Shown piece by piece: positions 50,879 through 51,005 of a DNA stretch of 51,005 nucleotides. The stretch comes from a virus. The position numbers and the translations under genes were made by a program. The stretch covers positions 1 to 51,005 of the IMG/VR virus record IMGVR_UViG_3300045051_000371. One strand, written 5' to 3'. The notes under the pieces are model-generated. The model saw nothing but the letters and a program-made list of their open reading frames with translations. It searched no databases and was not told the origin of the DNA. The first letter of the stretch is position 1. Every line of letters begins with the position of its first letter.

Positions 50879-51005
50879 CACGTGGTCGGAGATTTGCCTG
50901 TCTACTATTCACGTGGTCTGGGGAGTCGTAGATCAAGATATTCGCTGATTCACGTGGTCTGGGGAATGATCTTAACAACTAGTTCATCGCTTGTCTACGA
51001 TTCAC
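50879..51005. repeat. Terminal direct repeat, copy 2 (identical to 1..127)
   Basis: Exact 127-nt identity with the start of the window. Confidence 0.9.

Noticed and set aside
1-51005. CRISPR arrays, rRNA genes, transposases or IS elements, and toxin-antitoxin pairs.
   Set aside because: I saw no regularly spaced direct repeats with unique spacers, no rRNA-like segments, and no DDE, serine or tyrosine recombinase motifs.

Overview
This is a complete, gene-dense genome of a tailed phage. About 50,878 bp are unique, and the first and last 127 nt are identical, so the contig closes on itself.

Layout: two convergent arms.
- The plus-strand late/virion arm (2.5-25.5 kb) carries small and large terminase, portal, scaffold and major capsid genes. 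It also holds a cluster of exported, fibre-like and esterase proteins, tail and internal virion proteins, and a 1783-aa giant protein.
- The minus-strand early/replication arm (25.6-50.8 kb) carries a split family-A DNA polymerase, dUTPase, an SSB-like protein, an AAA_24 ATPase, a Cas4-like nuclease, a split SF2 helicase, a P-loop helicase-like protein and about 45 small ORFs. Many of these are coupled by ATGA overlaps.

I recognised no tail tube, sheath, tape measure, integrase or phage RNA polymerase, so the phage looks podovirus-like and probably lytic. Start codons lack Shine-Dalgarno motifs.

Main lead: the early arm encodes a sigma-54 enhancer-binding AAA+ protein with the GAFTGA loop and no DNA-binding domain. 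Textbook -24/-12 promoters (TGGCAC/T-N5-TTGC) sit in the two large plus-strand intergenic gaps directly upstream of the terminase and capsid operons. This suggests a phage-borne sigma-54 early-to-late switch.

Other leads:
- a 2.4-kb mostly non-coding control region with helically phased CACGTG repeats, a 290-bp palindrome with an AT-rich core, and about 0.9 kb of hairpin-rich DNA
- a tRNA-like structured spacer
- an exported-protein cluster inside the virion module
- split polymerase and helicase genes

All calls come from reading motifs by eye; no database search was possible.
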